Origin: Psammoneis japonica
Taxonomy: Eukaryota
Length of the DNA: 64,000 nt
Assembly: GCA_008632985.1 (NCBI GenBank)
Contig: QPGO01000027.1
Coordinates: 124,001 to 188,000, forward strand
Direction: 5' to 3'
Shown piece after piece: positions 47,430 through 59,174 of the stretch. A program made the position numbers and the translations under genes. The first letter of the stretch is position 1; each line of letters opens with the position of its first letter. The notes under the pieces are model-generated. The model was not told the origin of the DNA. It did no database searches and was given only the letters and a program-made list of their open reading frames with translations.

Positions 47430-47479
47430 GGCGGAAATGAATCACATTTGCTACAGCAATAGAAGAGTTTAGTGTCTCT

Positions 47480-48995
47480 CTAGAGAGTCTTGTTTTGCTT
47501 TTGCAATTTCTTGTACCTTTTCACTTCACGGAGTACTCCAACACCAGCGGAATCGTCAGGGGAAACAAGAGAGGCGAAAAACCGCAAAGGCGTGCTCAGG
47601 AGGGAAATCCAAAGGTTCCATCAAGTTCTCATCAGTCAACGCTGCTCGAGAAGTTTGCAAGGACGCCTCCAACGAGTCAAGAGCCAAGTCCCACTGGTGG
47701 GATCCGGCACGTCTGCTAGCATCGTCTAGCATATCGTTTGCAATCATCAGCTTTTGCGTAGCCTACATCGAAACAACATCCCAGAACAACGTTAGAGACA
47801 ATAGTCCATGAAGGACAAATGATATCGAGGAACTTCATCAGCTCACCTCTCCACTTTGGTCCACACTCGTGGATGATTGCATGAGATATCCGTGGAGTCG
47901 CATCAATTCATTGTACGCTTCCGCGTGGGTATCTGCTACAAGTCGGTGAATAGCCAACTTGATTTGCCACCCTGCAACGGATCCCGCTGGTTCCATTTCC
48001 AGTAAATCAGGTCGGACATCAAGACATTGCTCTTGAAGAAAAGGGATTACATCCGCCAAAGCTTTGCGAATGGCTTGAACGTGCAACGCATGCTCTCTGT
48101 GGTTTGCAATGGTAATCATTGCTTGTTGGTTTCGATTCTTCAAGTCAATAAAGGCGGAAGTGCTGGTTTGTCGGCTCTGCTTGTCTCTCTGAATGACCAT
48201 TGGCATCTTTTCGTTGGAAGGCACATAAATGACAATATTCAATGCCTTGTTGCTCAGCAGTGACTGGGTGGTTTTGGATAACAAGACCTGCTCCACATCG
48301 TGCGTCGTAACGTAATGCACTGTGTTGTTGTTCTTCGGAAAAGCCTTTGCCGACTCGGACAAGGTCCCGTCCACCAATACCCTCATTTGGCTCTCATGCT
48401 TGAGACATGGAAGATTGGTAAATGGAACGGATTCAACGACTTGCGTCATGGCTTTGGACCACGGCATCCACGATGAGTCTTGCGTAATCAATGTGAACAA
48501 AAGCGGTTTTCGCACGTGTACCCTTGACGACAGAGGTATCAATCCATCTACGATGTTATTGATCTTGTCTGTTGTAGGTATACAAGAGAGGACCCACTGG
48601 GTAAGACTTTTACTCGCGCTACTGCGTTCGTGTTGTCGGCTAATGAATTGGGCATATCCACAAGTCATGCGTACTGGCTTGTTCAGATTGGCCAGCATCG
48701 CTGCAAACCGTGGAATAGTGCTGACTAGTTACCAAATTGACGTGACTTGTTTCGTGTCGTTGTTCCAACGCCGCTTTCCATTCAGCAACGTGAGCATCCG
48801 AGATTACAATCGATACAGCGGGTCCACGGATGTTTGTTGTCGGCTGCAAGTGGGCGAGTCGTCTGTCCTTGCTGTGAAACAATAGCGCACAAATGTCGTC
48901 ACCCTGTTGACATAGACCGAAAAATACAGCAGCAGCCACTAGCAATAGAACTGAATAGCAACAGATGCTTGAATAAAAAGACGAGTTCCTGCCAT
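47480..48995 (-). CDS. GPI transamidase subunit PIG-S-like protein (apparent frameshifts)
   Basis: N-terminal TM, LNIVIYVPS, C-terminal DENLMEPLDFPPEHAFAVF + TM + basic tail. Confidence 0.65.
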
Positions 48996-49189
48996 GGTGC
49001 AATCGGCGTTTTGTTGCCGTTTTTGTGCGTTTTTGCTGTCTTCTGATGAGATGATCGAGGTCGAAGATAGCTCAACCTATTCAGAGCTCGCGCTATGACT
49101 CATCGGAGGGATTTTTGGTCTCACATTTTCTTCATTTTCTCTTTTCTCACACCTCGCGCGTCGTTCATTGCTGAATCATCATCTGATCC

Positions 49190-50397
49190 ATGGCCATGGC
49201 GTTACGCTGCGTCGTCGTCGTCGTCGTGCTTCTGACAGCTGTTGTTGAAGGTTTGTTTCGACCCAATCTCCAGCAGCATGTTGTCGTGATGGGAGCAATC
49301 TCGACATGATGAATGAACCATCATCGCGTCGCGATTTTGCCAATAGTGTTGCCGCCGCCACCACCGTCATGGCGACTCAGTCGGGATTGTGGGTACCAAA
49401 TGCCGCCAAGGCAGCAGATACAACAGCCGAACCGCTCGTACTTCCAGAAATTGGTTTGGGTGCATGGTCTTGGGGAGATTCTTTATTTTGGGGATACGAC
49501 AAGAAGAATGATGACGAACTCAAGGCGGTGTTTGATTATGCCATGGCAAACTCCAAGAGTAATGCCGTCTTGTTTGATACGGCGGAATTATATGGATTTG
49601 GAAGATCAGAAGAGTTATTAGGGCAGTTTTCAAAGACGGTGGTTCCACAGGATAAAGTACAAATTGCTACAAAGTTTGCCGCATTCCTTTTCGCACAAAG
49701 GCCGAAGACGTTTTAAAGGCCTGCGAGGCATCCACTAAGGTCTGGGAGAGAGACGTACCAAATCACTTCCCAATGCTGTCAATGCGATACTGGATGGACT
49801 GGCCATGGCCTATGAACGTGGTTTAGTAAAAGCCGTTGGCGTTAGTAATTACGGTGTGGATGCCATGACGGCCTGTCATGACGCCCTTGCACAGCGAGGA
49901 ATCCCACTGACATCCAATCAAATCCAATACTCTCTCTTGTATCGTTGGCCACAAGAGAATGGGCTTTTGGAGGCTTGTAAAAGGTTGAATGTGAAGGTTC
50001 TCGCCTATTCACCACTTGCACTGGGATTTTTGACTGGCAAGTACACCATGGACAACAAGCCGTCGGGTCCGCGAGGAAAGATTGCGGATCAGCTACTGCA
50101 TCACAAGACTACATTCACATGTTGGAAACCATGCGTACTGTTGCAAAGAACCACGACAATGCTCCTTGTCGCAGGTTGCCATTAACTGGACCCGTGCCAA
50201 ACAAACCATTCCAATTCCTGGGCTCGAAACCTTCGCCAAGTCAAGACAACTTGGCTTCATTGGATTGGAGTCTCTCCGCTGACGAGGTCAAAATGCTGGA
50301 CGACGCAGCATCCAAGGTGACTTCCTTTATCACTCCCGACAAGAATCCTTTCCCCAAGAAAGATATCAACACTGGTCTGATAATGTATGACTCTTAA
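49190..50397 (+). CDS. Aldo/keto reductase, pyridoxal-reductase-like, probably plastid-targeted (apparent indels)
   Basis: IGLGAWSWGD, FDTAELYG, IATKF, AVGVSNY, NQIQYSLL, LAYSPLALG. Confidence 0.88.
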
Positions 50398-50486
50398 AAT
50401 ATTAGTCATTCTTCCATTGCGGCAAGTCCTGCAGATGAAAAGTACCCACAGATACATTTTTTTTCACTGCACTACCTATTGTTATG

Positions 50487-51580
50487 CTACTGCTGTTGAT
50501 TCATCGAGTAGGTACCGCTTGTTTGCGCCGAATAAATGCTTTGCAAATTGTTTTCGTTGAGAAAGCGGGTCGCATCATCGTAGCCTCGGGAGAATCTATC
50601 TTGAAGCTCTTTTCGTCGGACGACATTGCCATTCGCCACATGGTTTCCAAATTGTCCGTTGTCATATGGACTCTTGCTCGGTCGGTTACTTGAAGCAGCT
50701 TTGGTAACAGCTTGTCGAAATACGACACACTCTGATCCTATCTGTTGTTTGCTCGGCTGGGCAAATGGATGGATTTGGGTGAAAGACACCCATAATTGGA
50801 GTACAACACAGTCGAGTCATCAATGGTGGGCCAGATATCCACCAGTCCACCATCCCAATACTCTTCTCGCGAGCTTTCATCGTTTCATTTTCGTTTCTCG
50901 ATATACTGGCTTCCCAGTTGCGCGGCTCTTTATACATCCCATGCGCTCCATCTCTCTTATTTTTACCATGGAGCGTTTCACAGCAAACAATTCCGTGTGA
51001 TTCGATCCTCGAGCCGGTCCGGTTAAACCGGGGACATAGCTACTCAAAATACAAGCCGCAACAACATCCTCGGCATCTCGGTAATGATCCACGTACACGT
51101 AGGCGTCTTTTCGCCGCTTGTACGAAGCGTAATCTGTCGACAAGTCAACCCGACATGGAGGAGCTCTCCGTCTCGGATACGACTAAGCAGCAAGTCGTTG
51201 TCATAGTCATTGAAATCACTGCCTGCCGTCCCTCCAAGTGCTTGTTTGATGATTTTCAATACGGAATCATGAATCTCATCAATCATCGAAAAGCCTGGTG
51301 TCAATGCATCCATAAAGCCACCCAATTGTCGCGTTTTTCTTCCCAACTCCAATACAAGATTCATGGAATCTTGTGTCGAAACACCGGCCGATACCGCAGC
51401 AGAAACGAGAGAACCCGCACTGACACCAGTGAGAAGCGGTGTTTCGTCATCAACCGGTCGTTCTCCGGGTGGTAGCAAGTGACCATGGTGAGAAAGGCAT
51501 GCTGCCACTCCAATGTGATAGCATCCAAGAAAACCAGCTCCACTAAAACTGATGGAACGGATCTTTGAAAGGGACGCCAT
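50487..51580 (-). CDS. Patatin-like phospholipase (apparent frameshifts)
   Basis: SFSGAGFLGCYHIGV, GVSAG nucleophile motif, ACILSSYVPG. Confidence 0.88.
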
Positions 51581-51887
51581 TGTCTTGGTTCTTTTGCTCT
51601 GAGCGGTTGTTTTGTTCCGGCCGAGGCCCGTTGCGAGTTGCGAAAATTTTTGGAATTTTGACTCTGGGCAGGCGCGCAGGACTGACTGGACGGGCGCGGG
51701 CGCGGCGGCGCGCGCTACTCTGTAGAGAAGCCAGAACGCCTAACTCGCATCAATCACCAAAACGAAGCTCGCATCAAGAAAGAGAGAGACAAAAAGACAC
51801 AACACAATAGCCTGCGAAGGGCAACACAACAATCTCTAATATACCAAGGACTCGTTAACAACAACAACAACAACAACAACAACAAAA

Positions 51888-53400
51888 ATGAAGTCCTCGT
51901 ATGCGTTGGGTCTCTTTTTCATATTCTTGGTGTCTGTTATTTGGAGTGTAGCTTCATTGTGGTGCAGTACCTTTATCACGATCAAAACTTCCACTCGCCT
52001 TTCTCTTGACCTACATTGGTACCAGTCTCTTTGTTACGTTGCTACCGACACGATTGCTATGGGAACGAAGACGCAGAATACGACGCTTTCTTTGCAGGTG
52101 CTTCAACAAGAGGAGACATGAATCAGGAAGAAGAATTAGAAATGGAAATCATCCCATGGCGAAATAATTCAACAAGTTATCACGAGGTCCCATCCGCTGC
52201 TTCCATACAAGAGCGCTCTGATAGTGACGGTACGAATTCGTACAGTGATCATCACGCAGACGGCAAGACGAAACAAGTAAAAAGACAGAGGATAATTCAA
52301 CCTTGACAAAGCACCAACCTGCTTCCGCGGTTGCGATACATCCAGAGGAACGACACGAACCGGACGGTTACAGCAACACCGCGGTAGACACCTCGCCGGA
52401 ACGATCCTTTCGTGTACTAAGTCACGAAGAGCACCTTCGAATAGCTCTCAAGATTGCTCCCGTGTGGTTCTTGGCAAATTGGTGTTACAATACCTCATTG
52501 GCTTTTACATCCATTACGTCGTCGACCGTATTGGCAAGCACTGGGTCACTCTTTACCTTTTTGTTTGCTGTATCCACCGGAGATGAAGGATTTACATTAA
52601 TGAAGTTAAGTGGAGTGCTCTTGGGCATTACCGGGAGTATTTTGACTGGACTGCACGATGCCCAGTCCAAGAGTAGTCCTGGCGATGATGATGTACCGGG
52701 TTTGAACGATACGAGCATTTGGAACACAACGGACGAGTTGTCTGACTTGTCAACTGCATCACCCATGATTGGCAGGATGATCAAAACCCAATATGGGGTG
52801 ACATTGTTGGATTGTTGTCGCCGTGGGGTACGGTGCGTACACTGTCATGATTCGGCACTTGTGCCCACGAAACGAGGACGCCATGTCGATGCAACTTTGT
52901 TGGGATATGTGGGTTTATTGAACGGACTGGTGCTACTGCCGTTGCTGCCAAGCTGATTTTGTCACCAGACAATGATGCGGTAGATACCACAGGTGGTAAT
53001 GACCATTCGTCAACCTGGAGTGCTCAACCACAACACCTGACATGGGTTGTGTTTGGATATCTGGTGGCAAAAGGAATGTTGGACAATGTCTTGTCGGATT
53101 ATCTGTGGGCACGGCAGTGGTGTTGACCAGTGCAACGGTCGCAACAGTGGGTCTTGGGCTGACGATACCGTTGGCTTTTGTGAGCGATTGGATTCTTTTG
53201 GGTCACGAGAATGTATTGTCGGCGGCGTCTGTGTTTGGTGCCTTGGCCGTTCTTTGTGGCTTTGTCCTTGTCAATTTGGATAGTCAAGAAAAAGAAGGCG
53301 AGCCGCAGACTCCAGACAGCGACACACCAGTGACAACGAAATTGCCACGCTGTCACTCAAGGCGTAGCAAGTTGATCACCAAAATAACACTTGTAACGCA
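51888..53400 (+). CDS. DMT-superfamily transporter, SLC35F5/THI74-like (apparent frameshifts)
   Basis: VWFLANWCYNTSLAFTSITSSTVLASTGSLFT; LTSATVATVGLGLTIPLA. Confidence 0.85.
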
Positions 53401-53536
53401 AGAACTGTCGTCACGAAATATAATCTCGCCGCAAAAAGTAACAAAAACAAAAACACATTTTCTTAACATTTAACCTTATGATTTACGACGTCACGATCCA
53501 CAAACACGTCACAAGAAACTATGAATCATCCTTTCG

Positions 53537-54292
53537 TTACTCTTTGGGATCCTCCTTCTTGGAATCCATAAGAAATGGCATTTTGAATTTCCATTTGGCC
53601 CACACATCGTCTTCTGCGATCAATTGAAGCATGGCATGCGCTACATTAATTCTTGTAGCTGTACCACTCCCAAATAATCCTCCTTGGGGTTTATCATGTA
53701 GCTCATACTCCGATACTTGGTCAGCATTGACTAAATCCGTTGGACGAACCACAGCCCATTCTACAACTGTCGAATCAGAAATCTCCTCATGCAAATACGA
53801 AGCGGCACATTCATTGTCGTAATGTGGAGGGACGAGCCAGCGAAGTAAACTAAGCACTGCACGTTCAGAACGAGGACGAACGTCGTCCTCGCCGTTGGGA
53901 TTCGCCACCCCGTCCGATCCCATGAGAATGAACTTGCACGTTTGCTTGTTTGTTCGAATTGCTTCGCATAGCTTCTTGGCCGCATCTGTTACTAATTTTC
54001 GAGGATGTCCGTACATGCCACGAAAGGTCAAATTGTGACCCAAACAGCTCACGACGGCATCACAATCCTTGACGAGTTCTTGTAATTTGTCGTCGTCTAA
54101 ATCCAACAGCGAGCCTTCTGTAATGTGCAATCCATCCATTTTCGTTTCAGGAGCGAGGAGATCCATGAGGCGGTCCTTGGATCGGACCACAACCTTGACG
54201 GAATGGCCTCCGTCTAACAATTGCTGCACGAGGCATTTTCCGGTAGCACCAGTGCCACCAGCAACAAAGACGGTTTTCTTGGACGCCGACAT
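53537..54292 (-). CDS. NAD(P)-binding atypical SDR / flavin reductase-like protein
   Basis: VFVAGGTGATG, DAVVSCLG, WAVVRP, RINVAHAML. Confidence 0.88.
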   Translation of the reverse strand: MSASKKTVFVAGGTGATGKCLVQQLLDGGHSVKVVVRSKDRLMDLLAPETKMDGLHITEGSLLDLDDDKLQELVKDCDAVVSCLGHNLTFRGMYGHPRKLVTDAAKKLCEAIRTNKQTCKFILMGSDGVANPNGEDDVRPRSERAVLSLLRWLVPPHYDNECAASYLHEEISDSTVVEWAVVRPTDLVNADQVSEYELHDKPQGGLFGSGTATRINVAHAMLQLIAEDDVWAKWKFKMPFLMDSKKEDPKE

Positions 54293-54644
54293 GCTGTTGG
54301 CTGCATACAGTGTAAAAGCGGAAGTTGTTGAATAAAAAAGAACAAAAAGATTTTGTGGCCGAGTTTGAAGTGGGAAGCAGGAAGGAGGCGCGCGGAACAC
54401 GGAACAGCTGGGAATTCGAATACAGTACCGTGACTAAAAACACTCATGACTGATCTAACGGGTTTTACGAGCTCGTGCGAGTTCTACTCGTACCGGTACA
54501 TAAGCCAAAGCTACCCGCCACGCACCGCCCGTCATCATTGACACAATTATTATTTGATAATCATCCGGTTGCATTCTTTTCCGCCACACCAACACTTGTT
54601 GTTGCAACGAACTTGGTGCTGTTGCTAGTGTACCACTCAACAAA

Positions 54645-55448
54645 ATGGCTTCATTCTCGTTGTGTGATTTGCCGGGATCAATTCTATCGGATGTGTTGTC
54701 ACGATATTGTGATGGCAGGTCAATTTCTACCTTTTCCATTGTAGCTCAAGGCAATTCCAAGTTGAAAGAATCGCGCTTCTCTCTCGTTCGAGACGCTCTT
54801 GTTTATCGATACATCGAGCTCAGTAAGAAATCGAAGGATTACGAAGAGATTCGAGACGTCCTCGATGTCATTCGTGAGAACATTCGAATGTGTGAGGAGC
54901 ACTCGTTTCAGGAAACGACAAGCTTTCCAGGATGGTGCGCTATTGTAGACTACTTTGAGAGCCAAACGCCAAAATTTTGGATGGCATGGATTGGTCCAAT
55001 TGAAACTCAACACGGGGTGTTGGAGAATGCAGTTTTGCGAACAGACAAGTGGACCCCTGGGGCTTTGCAGTATTGGTACAATGATTTCGAACTGTTTCAG
55101 TTTTCTCTTGTACCACCGGTGCGAAGTCGTCCTCTCCCTCCCAAGTCGTACGGATGGCTGGAAGCACCGTCAGACCTTGACGTGATGGAGCGAATCACGT
55201 ATTCATTGAATCATGAGTACGAGGACATGGGCCGCTACTCCCTGGTCCCGCGGCACATGGATTTTGATTCAGATCCGTCGATTTGTTTTACACTAGCTGA
55301 AGACGACAGACCAACTCTGAAGTGTTATTGGGAGGATCACGATGACTATGATTGGGAAGAAGCGGTTGACAAGCTGGGAGAGAATGTGATTCGAATCATG
55401 AATCGACGTCGCATAATCAGACAGCGGGTTTCCCTTGCCGGCAGGTAG
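54645..55448 (+). CDS. Hypothetical protein, possible F-box-like N-terminus
   Basis: 267-aa ATG-started ORF; SLCDLPGSILSDVL. Confidence 0.65.
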   Translation: MASFSLCDLPGSILSDVLSRYCDGRSISTFSIVAQGNSKLKESRFSLVRDALVYRYIELSKKSKDYEEIRDVLDVIRENIRMCEEHSFQETTSFPGWCAIVDYFESQTPKFWMAWIGPIETQHGVLENAVLRTDKWTPGALQYWYNDFELFQFSLVPPVRSRPLPPKSYGWLEAPSDLDVMERITYSLNHEYEDMGRYSLVPRHMDFDSDPSICFTLAEDDRPTLKCYWEDHDDYDWEEAVDKLGENVIRIMNRRRIIRQRVSLAGR

Positions 55449-55948
55449 AGCTGCTCATAGTGTTGACCCTGTGCATTGGAACCTCTGTCGGAATATCACC
55501 AATCGCGTCGTCTGAAACACTGGTCCTTCAAGGCAAGCAATGGCCGCTTTCGCTGCTTCAAGAGCCGAGAGCAATGAATGTCCATCTCTTTTTTCTCGCT
55601 TTCGTGAGTTTTCGCGGAAGACTCTTTGACTACATAATCTGTTTGGCCCGCCACATGACTCCATTCATTCTTTTCCGTCATTAGAGAGTATTCGTTATTT
55701 CACCGGTAGCAAAAGTCCCAACAAGTTGAGACAAAAGGGAAGAAGGAGAAGAAATCGGTTCTGGTTGTGTTGTTTTGCATTGGGTCGCCTATTACGACTT
55801 AAACACGATTGGAAAACGGTGTGGACGTACGTCACTCGTCCGACTTCTTCACCTCGCCACACCCATCACACTTCGATCGACCTGCGATAGCAGTGTCACA
55901 TCCAGTAAACAACATCTCGCAAAGCAAAGCTGAACAAGAGAAGGAAAT

Positions 55949-56458
55949 ATGAAGAAATATTGCGTTTTGGTTTTGGTTGTACTTCTCGGGAGCAACGTCG
56001 TGAAGAGCTTCGTCCCAAACACAAGCATATTGTCGCCGATTGGTTTATCTGCCACGACAGTTTCACTGCAAGCGTCGCGGCGTAGCTTCTTCGTCGAAAG
56101 TACGGCTGCCCTAGTTGCTGTTCCGTCTGCAATCCGCGCAGATGAAGATGATAATCCATTTATACGAGATCTGGTTGCCAAAAGTGAAGCCAACCGTGAA
56201 CTGTACAAGAAGCAGGCGACAAGAGTCGACAAGCTATCGTACAGCCAGTTCCAAGATCAATACAAGAAGCCCAAATTCATTGGGGTGAAAACGAGTGACG
56301 GAACTACTCTAATGGTTTCTCCCGAAAAGCTTCAGCAGCTCAAAGAAGCGAATCGCATTCGAGTTGAGTATGCAGTTGGTCACGATCGCGACGGATCGGA
56401 ATTCATCGATTACTCAAAACAAACATTGGTGCTGATCGATGACGCTGCTCAAAACTAA
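55949..56458 (+). CDS. Putative thylakoid-lumen protein
   Basis: Signal peptide + S-FVP, twin-Arg SRRSFF, hydrophobic stretch, AIRA cleavage site. Confidence 0.7.
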   Translation: MKKYCVLVLVVLLGSNVVKSFVPNTSILSPIGLSATTVSLQASRRSFFVESTAALVAVPSAIRADEDDNPFIRDLVAKSEANRELYKKQATRVDKLSYSQFQDQYKKPKFIGVKTSDGTTLMVSPEKLQQLKEANRIRVEYAVGHDRDGSEFIDYSKQTLVLIDDAAQN

Positions 56459-56609
56459 TTTCATGTCTACCGTTGAGTAGGTTACGGTATGTGTTTTGTT
56501 GTCGGTCAGTGATACCTATATAGTTTGAACCAGAGGGAGCGAAATCGATGCTAGAGTAGTATATTTAAAAAGGAAGTGTAATCATATGAAATGAGCAAGT
56601 GTGACTGGT

Positions 56610-58664
56610 GATGGCATTGGATCACAATTCTCGACACGCGGGGTTCATGTCGTCGCCACAGGAAACGAAGCATACAGCAACATAGCTGGGACATACGAAA
56701 GTGCCCGTGAACATGTTTTCGTGAACAACGAACGTGTCTGCGACACGAGAGAGTAATTGCAACGAAATATCATGAGAGGAAGTACCATTTTCAGCAGAGG
56801 ACCAATCAGAATAACTTTAGCATACCTAGAAAACTCAGCTGAAGTAATTCTTCAGGGATGCTGCCGGTCAAAGAGTTGTTGAATAACCAGAAATGCTCTT
56901 TGAGAAAAAGAAAAAAGGTTCTGTTAGAACGGCCTTCGTCGACCGAAAGTCATGACGAAAGAAGAACAAAGCTCACCCAGCTGCGTCATATCCCCAATCT
57001 CTGGCGGAATTTCCCCGCTCAGACTGTTTTGTTGAAGATTCATTTCGTTAATGACACTAAGTTGTCCAAGCTCTGAAGGGATTCTGCCGACAAGATTGTT
57101 GTTGTAGAGATACAGACGATCTATGAAGACGGTTGTTAGGATACAAGGGATGATAACTTGTAGGGCTACGAATCAAACGACGAACCATCGCAAACTTACT
57201 CAATCTTCTAGACAGCTGACCAAACTCAGGTGGAATACTACCCGACAGTTCGTTGTTTTCAAACCAGATATTGATCAAACTGGTCAACTTCCCGATCTCC
57301 GAAGCAAGAGCTCCCGACAGATCGTTTTCAGATATATCAAGCTCAACTGTAGAGGAAGGAAATTGAAAAGAATGAGGAGAGACATTTAGGTAGCGTCAGG
57401 ATAAGGGACATTGCAAACGCAACGTCCTTACCCAATTCACTGAGCAAACCCATCTCACTCGGTACGGCACCAACGAGGGCATTGTTGTGCAGCTTAATGC
57501 TTTCTGGAAGAACGAATAATACAAATATTTTAGAAACTTTCATGCCATCTGAGTACTTGAAGCGTCAAGCCTACCTAATGCCCTTAATAGCTCAATCTCC
57601 GCAGGAAGCGATCCTGCAAGCCCATTTGAAAACAATTCTAGCCTCGTCAGTTCGTCTTCGCTGTTGCAGGGATTGGATCCAACTCTCGAGAACCACAAGC
57701 ATTCGCTGTCATCACTCAGCCATCCTTCATTACTTCTCCATGCATCACCGCTCGTACTAAAGAATAGTAGCGCAAGAGTGTAGCGTTGAATCTTTCTCGA
57801 ATCAGAAAATTCGGACAAATTCTCGTTGCCCTCCAGCCACGCTAAAGCTAGAGACTGGTTCGATGATGGGTCGTTCAGTGCTGCGCCTAAATCCGGCGAA
57901 ACAGAGGCAATAAGAGACAATGGTGTTAACGACGGAGCGGATGTGGTTGTAGGCGCTGGAGTGACTGTGGGCACCATTGTGGGAGAAGCTGTTGGGGCTG
58001 TTGGCGGACTTGGGTTTCCTCCCGTCGTTGAAACCACAACAGCTACAACCGCAGCAATAATAATCAAAGCCAAGATGATGCCAGACGCCCACCGCCTCCC
58101 CTTTGTCCTCAGACAAGGAAAAGGTGATGCTCTAAATGGATCGCTATCGTCAGGAGTAACAATTTGAGCTTGTGGTGCATTTGCCGTTTTTGCCTGAAGG
58201 CCTCTGTTTATCTCCCGGAGTTCCTCAACCTCTTCTCGAAGTTGATGGGACGAGCCTGCATGTTCGTCTACCAATTGCGCGGAAACGGGGTGGAAAACTG
58301 GATGAGAATCCCGAGCTGAAGCGGGTGACTCCGATTGCACCGGGTCAGTCACGGAGACTGCGCTGCTGTCTACATGACCCATTCCTTGAACAGCCACAGC
58401 GCCTGGCCGAGTACTCTCAATTATTTCAGTGTCGGTTTTGTCCGAATCGACGTCGACATCGCCACTAATATTTGCAACCTCCTCGCTAGAAACCGCACCC
58501 GCTGTTGCTCTGTGGCCAACTACTCCCTTTTTCTTTTTCTTGTTGGAACCATCTTTCTTTTCTGCGCCATTCTTCTTCGCGACGCCGCTCCTCGCTACTT
58601 CAACTTCGTTTGCATTGCGCCAAGGGATCTCCCCCGTGCCAAACTCATCAGAGGGAGCATCCAT
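56610..58664 (-). CDS. TM-anchored LRR receptor-like protein, multi-exon, normal composition
   Basis: PGAVAV motif, TM helix, PT-rich stalk, QRYTLALLFFST cap, short LRR exons (e.g. 57503-57432 = 72 nt). 3' end approximate. Confidence 0.85.
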
Positions 58665-59174
58665 ATCGACAAGGTTGAGGCTGCATTTCAGCAAACGTTC
58701 AACAGCAGCGATTGAAGTGACACCTTGTCACGAAGTACTTGTAAAGATCAAAAACGCGACAAGCATTCCCGCCTCCCGCATCGCGGCGCCATCAGACATA
58801 GCTTATATCCGGGTTTCCTGAAATTTCAAAATATCTTTTATCATTTATTTTTATTCAGACACTGAGGGATTCATTAAATGAGAGCTGTTTTCACAGCACA
58901 CCTACCCCGCCGCTCCTCCTTGGTTCGTTGTTGCTGTTCCCTCTCTACTCTCTAGCTAGCTAGCTCAGCTAGAGTAGACACATCGGAACGTAGGACCCCA
59001 TCATACTCAATTCATGCACAACATGGTAGATAGACCAACGATAGGTACACCATCAAGGTGTCAGCATTGTCTTCTAACAGCGCGGAAAAAAATAATAGTG
59101 GAAAAAGACCATGAAGCTTCGCATTCAAGTACAATTACACTTTTTGATGTCCTCTACTTATTTTTACAGCGCCC

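Noticed and set aside
41259..53470. Cluster of frameshifted genes as pseudogenes or programmed frameshifts
   Set aside because: Small deletions in several unrelated genes with normal composition, worst near 49730-49800, fit low-coverage consensus errors better; needs read check.
55949..56458. Assignment as PsaN
   Set aside because: Only a short resemblance (LVAKSEANREL); not enough for a gene symbol.
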